Virus record (IMG/VR): IMGVR_UViG_2936514734_000001
Location: 1 to 64,000 of that record
Source: a virus
Lineage: Duplodnaviria; Caudoviricetes
Strand: one strand, 5' to 3'
DNA: 64,000 nt
Shown here: positions 47,979 to 57,238 of the stretch, piece after piece
Position numbering within the stretch: the stretch's first letter is position 1
Layout: each line of letters opens with the position of its first letter
The notes under the pieces: model-generated
The model's input: only the letters and a program-made list of their open reading frames with translations
Told to the model about the DNA's origin: nothing
The model's database searches: none
Position numbers and translations under genes: made by a program

Positions 47979-50900
47979 ATGCCTCTAGCAAATGGACAAA
48001 TAACCATTGTCGATTTAAATGATGCAATATTGTCAGGTACTGCACCTGCTAACCCCGTAGAAGGAACTCTATGGATAGACACAAGTGTTGATCCAAATAA
48101 ATTATATAGCTGGAACGGCTCTAACTGGATTGAACAGACACTTTCAGTCTCAGCTCTTGATCCGGATTTCGATCAACAGGTACAAGACTTAAAAGACTTT
48201 GCAAAGAATGCAGCAGACGATGGGATGCTTTCTTCTGGTGAAAAACTAAATATCAAACTTTTATTAGTAGAGATCACAGGTGAAACTATTTTTGATTCTA
48301 CTTTACCAACCTTAACCGAAATAGATGCTTCTAAGGCAGGGCAGGTATACATGATTAGAGCTGAAGCAAAGGCAGCGGGTATTCCTACTAATCAATCAGA
48401 CTATACTGCTTTTGAGACTGCTTATGCCGATTTAAAGGTATATTTAGAATCTTTAACACCTAGACCGTGGGATAAAGGAAACACTGTTATTGACCCTGTA
48501 GATTGGGCAAATGCTTGGGACTCGTATTATGACAAGCTAACAAAGCTCCAAGTTACTACCTCTACCTACCTTGCAAACAGTGTAAAACCTGGAGAAGATT
48601 ATAACGGTGTAAAAATGACTAAAGAACAAGGGGTTGTAGTTTTAAGAGGTGACAATTTATTTAGAACTACTCTTAATGCAACTCAAGGTTTAGCTATTGA
48701 AAAAAACAATTCAGGTACATGGGTTAAAGTTTTCTATACAAACACAGACGGTAAGATGTATGCAACTAGTTTAGTAATTGACTCAACCTCAACTATTGCT
48801 GGTACAACTGCAAGTACAGTTAGAGATAATGCGGCTAATGGTTTAGCAAATGCTAATACAGCGAATGATAAAATATCTTTAAATACAGATACAAATAACT
48901 ACAACCCAAATCCTTCATTTGAGGGTAAGAAGAACACGTATTACACAGCATGTACTGCTTTTGCAGCCAGCGATTCAGGTGTTCCAGCAGGCGCACCTAA
49001 GCCGTATGTAGGTCGTCAAACTGGACGTGATAATTACATTAGTGACTTCTTCTCTGTTAAAGCAGGTGAGAAGTTTATTGTAGAAGGTTGGATTGCAAGT
49101 ACTGATAGTGCGTACAATTTTGGTTTAGGTTTAAATGCACAAGATAATGTAGGAACTAATACATGGCTTGTAAGTAACCATAAACCCAAAGGAGATGGAA
49201 CGTGGCAATATTTCAGTAACACGTATACAATCCCTTCAACCGCTACTAAAGCACGATTCTTTTCTCAAATTAATGCAACTTCTAGTTTTGGTAACTGGTT
49301 CTTTACTGATGTAAGAATTACAAAAGTAATTGTAGATGATGTAATTTCAAGTGCTTCAACATGGAATACAGCAAAAGATAACGTCAATGACATGCTGAGC
49401 GATCTAAAAGTGACACCTCTCGAAAAGAGTCAATTGAGTCGAGATTGGGAAGCAATAAAAGCTGAGTATACTTCATTGATAGGATTAGCTAATTCCGTGT
49501 CATCCACTTTATCAACCCCTATTTCTTCTTCTGCTTACACTAATGCCTATAACAATCTTAATGGGTCATCTCCAAAGATTCAGTCTGAAATCCTAGCAAA
49601 TATGAATACCACTTATACGTTTGCTTCTACAAGTGCTAGAGATACTTTCAAAACTCAAATGAATACGTATTTCTCTGAATCCGAAAAGCTAAAAACAACG
49701 ATAAACGACAAGATTAACGGTACAGCTAAAGGTGCAAGTGATAAGATTGATAACCTTAAAGTTGGTGGTAGTAATATTATGCCTAACTCTTCTGGTGAGA
49801 TTGATAGCGATGGAGATGGTATACCTGATAACTGGTCCATCTTTCAACAAGCAAGCAATTTAACTAGGGACGTTGGAAGGCTAAGCGGTTACTCTCTTAA
49901 GGCAACAGCTAATGCTAACCCGGGATCTGCAATTAGAAGTCCTTCAACCAGTATCAGAGGTGGAGAAACATATACTGTTTCTTTATGGATGAAGCGAAGC
50001 AATGATGGTGATTTATCTAATTTAATTAAATTTCGAAATGCTTCTGGCACTGAGTCTAATCCATTCCCAGCACCTACTGTTCAAGCAACAGCAGGAACAT
50101 GGACATTTATATCTCAAACAGTAACTGCTCCAAGTGATGCCGTGCTTATGTATCAAACACCACGAATGAACACATCACCAGATGGTACTAACTTTTGGGT
50201 AGATGATGTTCAAGTTGAAGTAGGTAATGTCGCTACAGATTGGAGTGCGGCTCAAGCTGACATAGATTACTTTATTAGTAGTGTACAATCAGCTGCAGAT
50301 AGCGCACAGAATACTGCGAACACTGCGATTAAACAAGGATATGTTGTAACGAACCCTATCTTTTCAGATTGGAAAGGAACATTCCCAAATTATTTTTCCG
50401 CTTGGTCCAATTCTACTGTTGCTAAAGAAACATCTCTAACACGAACGGGATCAGCAATGCGTTTCAATGTAGCGGCAGATACGAGCCAAGTTGGGGCACA
50501 AATTACAAGTGGGTTCTTCATTCCGAAGCTACCAAATAATAAATATTACGCCATGGAACTAGACTTTATGTTAGTTAGCGGATCTATTACAGGGGCCGCT
50601 GTTCTACTTGATTGGAATGGAATGAATCCATATCGAGCTACAGTGAATTTATCCGAGTATATCTCAAACCCTTCATTAAACACATGGTATACAGTAAGGG
50701 CTATAGTAAAAAGACCTACTGATACTCTCACTGGATATACAGCTATGTCTGGTTATTTAATGGCTAACTACTCCGGATCAACAACCAATAAAGCAAAGAA
50801 CATAATTTATGACCGATTAGTTTTCAGAGAACCTACTTCTGAAGAAATAGCTGCATACGAAGTAACTCAGATTGTGAACGGTCGAGTGGAAGTAGATGGT

Positions 50901-52736
50901 GGTAGACTAACAGCCAATTCTGTTAAAGCTGAATCTATTGATGCAAAAAGGTTAAGTGTGAAAGATAACAATGGAACACAAACCTTTTTAATCGATAATA
51001 ATGGACAAGTAACAGTTAACGGCAAAGTGTATATTAACAGTAATTCAATCTTTGCTGAGGGCTACGATCCTTCAATTACTCCGGGTGGGCGTAACGTTCT
51101 ATTAAATTCTCGATTCTCTACAGCAGACTTTACAGGATGGACACCATGGAACAGCCCTGCCACAAAAGAAGTAATTGATATTACAGACTTGCCAGGTTTT
51201 GATAAAGCAGTTAAGTTTGTGCTAACTGATAAAAACCAAGGTTTACTTCAAAACGTATCCGTTATAAAAGGTAATAAATATACTATCTCAGCTTATGTAA
51301 AGGCAGATAGTGGACAGCCTGTTCTACAGGTTTTTGATGGTTCTGCTTGGCCTAATGTTGCTATGTCTACGTCTGATGTCGGAACAGGGAATTGGGTGAG
51401 ACTATCCAAAGTCTTCGTTGCAAACGCAACAACTGTTCAGGCACAAATCGGTCGAGGCGGTGGCGGAGCCAACGGAACATGCTACTTCACCGGGGTTAAG
51501 ATTGAAGAAGGGGATAAAACAACTGGTTGGTCTGCATCTCCTGAAGATATTGATAAATTATTTGATGCAGTGGTTTCACCTGATGGGACAATTAAAGCTC
51601 GTGATATTGCTTCTTCATTAGCCGTTACACCTGAAGCAATTCAATTTATCAGTCAAGCAATTGACTTAAAGGGTAAAGTAACATTTAGTGATTTAGCTCA
51701 AGGATGGGCTTATGACGAAAATGGTAATAAGATTAATAACTCTGACCAGCCTGACTATGATCCCGCTAATCCTCTTTACCTCACAACAGATGGATATTAT
51801 CGCCCGCTTTCAGATGAAAACCTATTCCTTTCTAGTGTATTCACAACTGACGATGCAGGTAAAACTGTTATCGATGGTAACTTCATTAAGACAGGTACAA
51901 TCCAAGCAAAATATGCAGACTTCATGGATTTACAAGTGTTTAATGCTAATGGAGAGTTATCGTTATGGATTGATACTAATGGAAACCTTTCAACGGTTGG
52001 TACTTCTAAATCAGCAGGATATGAAGCAGGAAAGAAAGGATGGAAGATCGATGCTAACGGAGAAGCAGAATTTAACTCTGCATTATTCCGTGGAGATATT
52101 GAGTTAGGCTATTATGATGCAGCTACAGATACTTTTAAAGTGTCTGGTGGAGTACAAAGTGGTCAAGATGCATCTGGAAGAGCTCTTCGCTTCTGGGCAG
52201 GAGATAGTATAGACAATGCACCTTTCAAAGTGTTTTCTGATGGTAGCCTCTATGCAACAGAAGGTACTTTTACAGGAACCTTCTCAGGGGTTGTTCAAGT
52301 TGGTAACGTTACAATCCAAGATAACCCTAATGTAGCAGGCGATGCTTCAATCACTATCACAGACAATGCTCTTATTGAAAAGGTTGTACTATCTGAATCA
52401 CAAGTTTCAATTAATACAAACACTACGTTTGGTAATTTCATGAACATAGACATCGATAAACAAAAGTTGTTATTTGGTGATTCAAGTTTTCAACTAGATT
52501 ATCAAAATAATTTAATTCAAATGAATCAATACACAATTCAAGGTACTTCAAGTTTGAACTTTATCTCAGATGGTTCGACTGGTAATGACTTCGTATTTAA
52601 AAGTACACAAGGAGATACAACAGTTTACGCTGAAGGTTCATTTAGTGTACGTGATGATATTTCATTTCTAAATACGATGGTTATGAGAAAAGCATCTGAT
52701 TCAGGTAACAAAGGAATTGACTTTGTGTTGATTTAA
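47979..52736 (+). CDS. Large fibre tip/adhesin with four CBM-like domains and a gpJ-like C-terminal region
   Basis: N-terminus MPLANGQITIVDLND; NPNPSFE, NIMPNSSGE, TNPIFSDW and NVLLNSRF modules; GWKIDANGEAEFNS. Confidence 0.7.
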   Translation: MPLANGQITIVDLNDAILSGTAPANPVEGTLWIDTSVDPNKLYSWNGSNWIEQTLSVSALDPDFDQQVQDLKDFAKNAADDGMLSSGEKLNIKLLLVEITGETIFDSTLPTLTEIDASKAGQVYMIRAEAKAAGIPTNQSDYTAFETAYADLKVYLESLTPRPWDKGNTVIDPVDWANAWDSYYDKLTKLQVTTSTYLANSVKPGEDYNGVKMTKEQGVVVLRGDNLFRTTLNATQGLAIEKNNSGTWVKVFYTNTDGKMYATSLVIDSTSTIAGTTASTVRDNAANGLANANTANDKISLNTDTNNYNPNPSFEGKKNTYYTACTAFAASDSGVPAGAPKPYVGRQTGRDNYISDFFSVKAGEKFIVEGWIASTDSAYNFGLGLNAQDNVGTNTWLVSNHKPKGDGTWQYFSNTYTIPSTATKARFFSQINATSSFGNWFFTDVRITKVIVDDVISSASTWNTAKDNVNDMLSDLKVTPLEKSQLSRDWEAIKAEYTSLIGLANSVSSTLSTPISSSAYTNAYNNLNGSSPKIQSEILANMNTTYTFASTSARDTFKTQMNTYFSESEKLKTTINDKINGTAKGASDKIDNLKVGGSNIMPNSSGEIDSDGDGIPDNWSIFQQASNLTRDVGRLSGYSLKATANANPGSAIRSPSTSIRGGETYTVSLWMKRSNDGDLSNLIKFRNASGTESNPFPAPTVQATAGTWTFISQTVTAPSDAVLMYQTPRMNTSPDGTNFWVDDVQVEVGNVATDWSAAQADIDYFISSVQSAADSAQNTANTAIKQGYVVTNPIFSDWKGTFPNYFSAWSNSTVAKETSLTRTGSAMRFNVAADTSQVGAQITSGFFIPKLPNNKYYAMELDFMLVSGSITGAAVLLDWNGMNPYRATVNLSEYISNPSLNTWYTVRAIVKRPTDTLTGYTAMSGYLMANYSGSTTNKAKNIIYDRLVFREPTSEEIAAYEVTQIVNGRVEVDGGRLTANSVKAESIDAKRLSVKDNNGTQTFLIDNNGQVTVNGKVYINSNSIFAEGYDPSITPGGRNVLLNSRFSTADFTGWTPWNSPATKEVIDITDLPGFDKAVKFVLTDKNQGLLQNVSVIKGNKYTISAYVKADSGQPVLQVFDGSAWPNVAMSTSDVGTGNWVRLSKVFVANATTVQAQIGRGGGGANGTCYFTGVKIEEGDKTTGWSASPEDIDKLFDAVVSPDGTIKARDIASSLAVTPEAIQFISQAIDLKGKVTFSDLAQGWAYDENGNKINNSDQPDYDPANPLYLTTDGYYRPLSDENLFLSSVFTTDDAGKTVIDGNFIKTGTIQAKYADFMDLQVFNANGELSLWIDTNGNLSTVGTSKSAGYEAGKKGWKIDANGEAEFNSALFRGDIELGYYDAATDTFKVSGGVQSGQDASGRALRFWAGDSIDNAPFKVFSDGSLYATEGTFTGTFSGVVQVGNVTIQDNPNVAGDASITITDNALIEKVVLSESQVSINTNTTFGNFMNIDIDKQKLLFGDSSFQLDYQNNLIQMNQYTIQGTSSLNFISDGSTGNDFVFKSTQGDTTVYAEGSFSVRDDISFLNTMVMRKASDSGNKGIDFVLI

Positions 52737-52761
52737 GAAGTAATAAGGAAAGGGGAATAAT

Positions 52762-55452
52762 ATGGCTACTTTGTTTAGCAACTTGTCGTCGGGGTCAAAC
52801 CCGACGATGCTTTATACTGTTACAGCAAACGAGACATCTCGTGCCGCTACATCCGTAACATTTAGTGTCACAGTACAAGCTAGATTAGAAGATCAAACTT
52901 ATGGTTATTTTAGTGCTCATGTATATCCTAAAATCAAAATGGGTGGAACAACTGTATCATTTGATTCTCTTGGTACATTTCCAAGAGGAGCGGGTACAAA
53001 ATCAAGTACGAAAACCGTAACAGTTACAGGTCTATCTTCATCAACGAAATCTGTATCATATACGTTTTCAGCAACTAGTGAACTAGGAGGAACATCAAGT
53101 TCCACTACTGGTTATGTAGGTGGTAAATCAGGGACAGTATCCATTTCAGCTTATGCAACCGCTCCTTCTCTTAGTGGAAGTGTAACAATTAAAGATGGAA
53201 GCACAGTCGTTTCTTCTTACTTTAGAGAAAACATAGGAAGCGGATCTTTCTCTTTAAGTTGGCCTAGCCAAAGTGGAGGTAATGGTACTATAAGATATGA
53301 ACTAGAGCGATCAGTTAATGGCGGTTCATATGTAGATGTAAACAACTCCCTAACTTCAACCTCTACGACACATGCTCCTGGAAGTGTAGATGTGATTCGT
53401 TATCGTGTTCGTGCTAAAAATACGGTAGGTACAGATGTTTTATATTCGGGGTGGATTTACTCTCCTTCAGTTAAAAAGAATGAATTAACGCCTCCGTCAC
53501 TAAGTTCAGGTGCTACAGTTACTTACAATACGAACACGCTCACTCTCTCATTAGGGGCTTCTACTGACAACCTTGGAAGATCAATTAGCTATACGCTAAC
53601 TCATAAAAGCGGTTCTAAAACAACACTAAATGGCTCTGGCGGTTCCGTTAGTCCAGGCTCTATCACAGTCAATACAAACAACGGAACATCTGGATTTTAT
53701 ATAACCCTTGCTAACCTAAAAACAGCAGCTCTAGGATCAACTACGCATTCAGATACTAATCCATATAAGGGTGTACTAGAATTTACGGTAACAGCAAACA
53801 ATGGATACAGTACTAAATCGACTAACGTTTCTGTCCCATTAGATTTAGGCAAGGATGCTCCTGTAAGCGGAACCCCGAGTGTTTCTATTGCTTCTAGCTC
53901 TTACTTTGTTATTAACTCAACAAATGTCGCTTTCCCAGAATACAAGCCTATTACACTAACTATACCTGCAAATGTTCAAGATGTTTTGGGAAGAAACTGT
54001 AGTTTTGATATTGTCATCAAAGAAGGGACTACTGAAAAAGCTATTAAAAACACAGGTATTATTACTTCTACTTCAGGAACAACAGCTACTGTTAATAACG
54101 TAGAGGCAGGCTTGTTAACGGCTAAGAAAACTGTATCTTTTTATGTGAAAGCAAAGACATACAATGGTGTAACTAAATCCTCTACAGCTACCCCTAACCA
54201 AGATCTTCATTATTATAAGAAACCTACAGTAACTTCAAGTAGTCTTTCTCGTGTTTCAGGTTCCGCTTCTTTTGTTACTAAGATTACAGCAAACACTTCT
54301 CTTGGCGGCTCTACAAATACGTCAACTATGCCAAGTGGATGGACAAAAGGAACTTCAACTACTTCTGGTTCAACTGAAACATACACAGTTAGTAGAAGCG
54401 GTTTAGCAGATTCATATTCTGCAAAAATATCACTTGTAATTCGTGACTCAATTGGTTTTATTTTAAAAGGGGATGGAAGTAACGACGTAACAATGCCCGT
54501 TACGATTCCATCATTTAGCCCAATGCTTTCTATTCGTGAAAAGGGTGTAGGTATTAATGCCTTTGCAACGGATGCAGAAATGCTTAAAGTAGGCGGAAAT
54601 ATAACGCTTGCTAATAATGGAACAATCAAAACAAGAGGTGTCTATGGAAATAGCATGGATGCTTCAATGCTTTATGATCATCTAAATGGAAATGTGACGC
54701 TTAGTGCGTTAGGTGCGGATCTATATATTGGATACACAAATACATCACGAGTAAGATTATGGTCAGGATTGTGGGATAAGAACGTTACCCAAGAAATCAT
54801 TTCAAACACAGGTGACTTTAGAGCAAAAAATAAAGTTACAGCTAATGAGTATTGGTTAAAAGATGACACAAACTCTGATAGAAAATTCATGTCTAGCTAC
54901 AAAAATGATGCTAATGGATACGGTCTATCAATAGGTGCCGGATGGGAAACGGTTATTGGTGGAGGCGAAGGAGACACTACGTACCAGGCTAATGCTACTG
55001 GTCAGATGGAGCAAATTGTTCTTGCGTCAGATAACAGTATAAAACTCTTCACAAACATCCAACAAGGATGGGCTAGTAATAAAGAATGGAAATTTGGGAC
55101 CGACGGAATCATTACTATGCCTCGATACAAATATCCTCATGGTTATAATATGGCTGCGGTCAGGGATCCGTCTGGTGCCCATGACGATACGATGCTCATT
55201 CAAAACGTTCAGGAAACTGCAACATTCACTGGTGGAGAAGGTTATGCGGATATTACTTTTGGAGTCCAGTTTGCAGCGGCCCCGGTTTGGATTCTAGCAA
55301 CACCAATAAATGCTAAGTCGTTAGACTACACTGCCGCTGTTTATAATGCAACCACCACAGGATGCAGAGTTTATATGAAAAACATAAACGGTGTAGGTGG
55401 AACGACTAGTGTTAGTATTGGCGTACAAGTAGTAGCTTGTGGTAGAAAGTAA
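52762..55452 (+). CDS. Ser/Thr-rich distal fibre/receptor-binding protein
   Basis: FN3/Ig-like YELERSVNGGSY...YRVRAKN; PMLSIREKGVGIN; lectin-like C-terminus DITFGVQFAAAP. Confidence 0.6.
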   Translation: MATLFSNLSSGSNPTMLYTVTANETSRAATSVTFSVTVQARLEDQTYGYFSAHVYPKIKMGGTTVSFDSLGTFPRGAGTKSSTKTVTVTGLSSSTKSVSYTFSATSELGGTSSSTTGYVGGKSGTVSISAYATAPSLSGSVTIKDGSTVVSSYFRENIGSGSFSLSWPSQSGGNGTIRYELERSVNGGSYVDVNNSLTSTSTTHAPGSVDVIRYRVRAKNTVGTDVLYSGWIYSPSVKKNELTPPSLSSGATVTYNTNTLTLSLGASTDNLGRSISYTLTHKSGSKTTLNGSGGSVSPGSITVNTNNGTSGFYITLANLKTAALGSTTHSDTNPYKGVLEFTVTANNGYSTKSTNVSVPLDLGKDAPVSGTPSVSIASSSYFVINSTNVAFPEYKPITLTIPANVQDVLGRNCSFDIVIKEGTTEKAIKNTGIITSTSGTTATVNNVEAGLLTAKKTVSFYVKAKTYNGVTKSSTATPNQDLHYYKKPTVTSSSLSRVSGSASFVTKITANTSLGGSTNTSTMPSGWTKGTSTTSGSTETYTVSRSGLADSYSAKISLVIRDSIGFILKGDGSNDVTMPVTIPSFSPMLSIREKGVGINAFATDAEMLKVGGNITLANNGTIKTRGVYGNSMDASMLYDHLNGNVTLSALGADLYIGYTNTSRVRLWSGLWDKNVTQEIISNTGDFRAKNKVTANEYWLKDDTNSDRKFMSSYKNDANGYGLSIGAGWETVIGGGEGDTTYQANATGQMEQIVLASDNSIKLFTNIQQGWASNKEWKFGTDGIITMPRYKYPHGYNMAAVRDPSGAHDDTMLIQNVQETATFTGGEGYADITFGVQFAAAPVWILATPINAKSLDYTAAVYNATTTGCRVYMKNINGVGGTTSVSIGVQVVACGRK

Positions 55453-55475
55453 TAATACAAAAGAGGTAATTCGAA

Positions 55476-55964
55476 ATGATTAATACACAAATTACTTATG
55501 GGGAAAATTATTTTATGGAAGGTTTTGAGGTTTCAATACCCCAAGACCTCCTTATAGAAGTATCATCAGGTAAATTTTTCACTATACAAAAAACTACGAA
55601 AGAACAAACTGTAGAAAAAGAACTAGAAGATGGTTCAATTACTCAAGTAACAGAGATGATTGAAGTCGAAGAAATATCTAGTGATGAATACTCCCCATTT
55701 TCCTTTAAAATTGAATCCGACGATTTCTTTAATGTTACTTATGATGTTTACTTATTAGAACTTCCTACAAACAATGAATACCAAATCCATATAGATCGAA
55801 CAGAAATGGATGGCGATACCGTTCCTTTTTATAGCGGAAAAGAAACTATTAGGTTTCTATTAATGTCATTCATCGTTCCACCAAATACACAATCCTTAGA
55901 TGATGTACAAATTAACGTAAAAAGGGTTGTGAGAAACGGTGATTATGATCCAGCCGAACAATAA
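55476..55964 (+). CDS. Acidic hypothetical protein, possible fibre assembly factor
   Basis: RBS gaggt; directly follows the distal fibre gene. Confidence 0.5.
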   Translation: MINTQITYGENYFMEGFEVSIPQDLLIEVSSGKFFTIQKTTKEQTVEKELEDGSITQVTEMIEVEEISSDEYSPFSFKIESDDFFNVTYDVYLLELPTNNEYQIHIDRTEMDGDTVPFYSGKETIRFLLMSFIVPPNTQSLDDVQINVKRVVRNGDYDPAEQ

Positions 55965-56526
55965 AACTATAAGTGAACGAAGAAAAGCGGAGCTTAGAGG
56001 GGAATTAGAACTAGACTTTATCAATCAAATTATTATCGAACAAGGATATAACGCACTGTCTGTATATCAAAAGGAAGTTGTTAGTGACAAAGTTTCAGAT
56101 GGTGCAATACGTATTCTTGAAGTAGAAGATGATGAAATATTAGAATATGTAAAATCCATCAAGATTGAATTCTTTAAAAAGACATGTGAAGAACAAATAG
56201 AGCTTGGATTTACTTCTAGTAATGGACACTTCTATAGAACAAATCGTGATGACCAAGTTAATATGATTGGACAAAAAGATTCGTTAGTTGATGATCCATC
56301 AATTACTTATGTGGATTGGAAGACGGAAGATGTAGGATACATTCGTCATACAAAAGAGCAGTGGATGCAAGTTTACAACGAAGCTTTTGCTCATAAAAAA
56401 GATCAATTATTTAAATATGAAGCGTTAAAGCAACAAGTATTAGCAGCTACAAATCAAGATGAAGTCGCTTTAATACAATGGACAGAAGCTAAAATGGAAG
56501 TAAAAGTTCAAATGCTTGCTTCTTGA
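55939..56526 (+). CDS. DUF4376-like tail fibre assembly protein
   Basis: YRTNRDDQVNM...WKTED...LKQQVLAAT...IQW pattern. Confidence 0.6.
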   Translation: MIMIQPNNKTISERRKAELRGELELDFINQIIIEQGYNALSVYQKEVVSDKVSDGAIRILEVEDDEILEYVKSIKIEFFKKTCEEQIELGFTSSNGHFYRTNRDDQVNMIGQKDSLVDDPSITYVDWKTEDVGYIRHTKEQWMQVYNEAFAHKKDQLFKYEALKQQVLAATNQDEVALIQWTEAKMEVKVQMLAS

Positions 56527-56561
56527 GAAACTATGTTCCAAATATTCAATAGGAGGAAAAA

Positions 56562-56783
56562 ATGATGGCTACACAAGTGGATTACTTAAACGAACCAATT
56601 AATGCGAACTTATATATTAAGGAGTTAGAAGAAGAGGTAACTCGATTAACGACTCAGAATTTAAAATTGAGAAGTTTAGTACAGCAATATGGAATAAAAG
56701 CAAATCAACATCCAGCACCACCTGCTCCAGAAGCAATACCGGAACAGCCAGTTCCAGCAGAGCCAAGAGTGGTTAAACAATAG
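56562..56783 (+). CDS. Small coiled-coil protein with Pro-rich tail
   Basis: RBS aggagg; IKELEEEVTRLTTQNLKLRSL. Confidence 0.55.
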   Translation: MMATQVDYLNEPINANLYIKELEEEVTRLTTQNLKLRSLVQQYGIKANQHPAPPAPEAIPEQPVPAEPRVVKQ

Positions 56784-56800
56784 TTGACTGGTATATAGCG

Positions 56801-56815
56801 AATGGTTACGTTCAT
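56801..56815 (+). promoter_or_regulatory. Candidate promoter motif (AATGGTTAcgttcat)
   Basis: Recurring motif, here immediately upstream of a hairpin. Confidence 0.45.
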
Positions 56816-56849
56816 GAGGGAGCAGATTAGCTCCCTCTTATTTTATTTT
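56816..56849 (+). terminator. Terminator-like hairpin
   Basis: gagggagc-agatta-gctccctc followed by ttattttatttt. Confidence 0.65.
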
Positions 56850-56861
56850 GGAGGTGTTTTC

Positions 56862-57236
56862 GTGACACAGATTCGTATTCGTTCCATTGTAAATGGCGAA
56901 GCTTCTCCTTGGTTATATACTCAAGACGAAATTAAGCAGGAGACTCCAAAAGCTAAAGTTTTTAAAATTGAAGCAACTCCTGTTACAGTACAACGTTCAC
57001 GAGTAAATCAATACGGACGTTTTCGTTATAGTGAAATGCAATATGGAGAAATTGAGAGACTATTAAATTCTTCAATAGAAGTAAGCACAACACCTATACG
57101 TATTAAAGCTCCTAATGGTAGCTGGATCTATTCACAGCAAGCAGTAGTTGACGGAGCTTGTCCGGCTATTCGTATTAGAAGTAAATATGGTAACAGTTTA
57201 AGTCCATGGGTTTATATCCAACAAGAGGAGGTGTAA
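56862..57236 (+). CDS. Small protein with three IRI(R/K)...W(L/I/V)Y.Q repeats
   Basis: Start reassigned to GTG 56862 (RBS ggaggtg); internal repeats. Confidence 0.6.
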   Translation: MTQIRIRSIVNGEASPWLYTQDEIKQETPKAKVFKIEATPVTVQRSRVNQYGRFRYSEMQYGEIERLLNSSIEVSTTPIRIKAPNGSWIYSQQAVVDGACPAIRIRSKYGNSLSPWVYIQQEEV

Positions 57237-57238
57237 GT

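Noticed and set aside
52762-56800. Diversity-generating retroelement or invertible tail-fibre switch
   Set aside because: No reverse transcriptase, invertase, template/variable repeat pair or inverted cassette was seen by eye.
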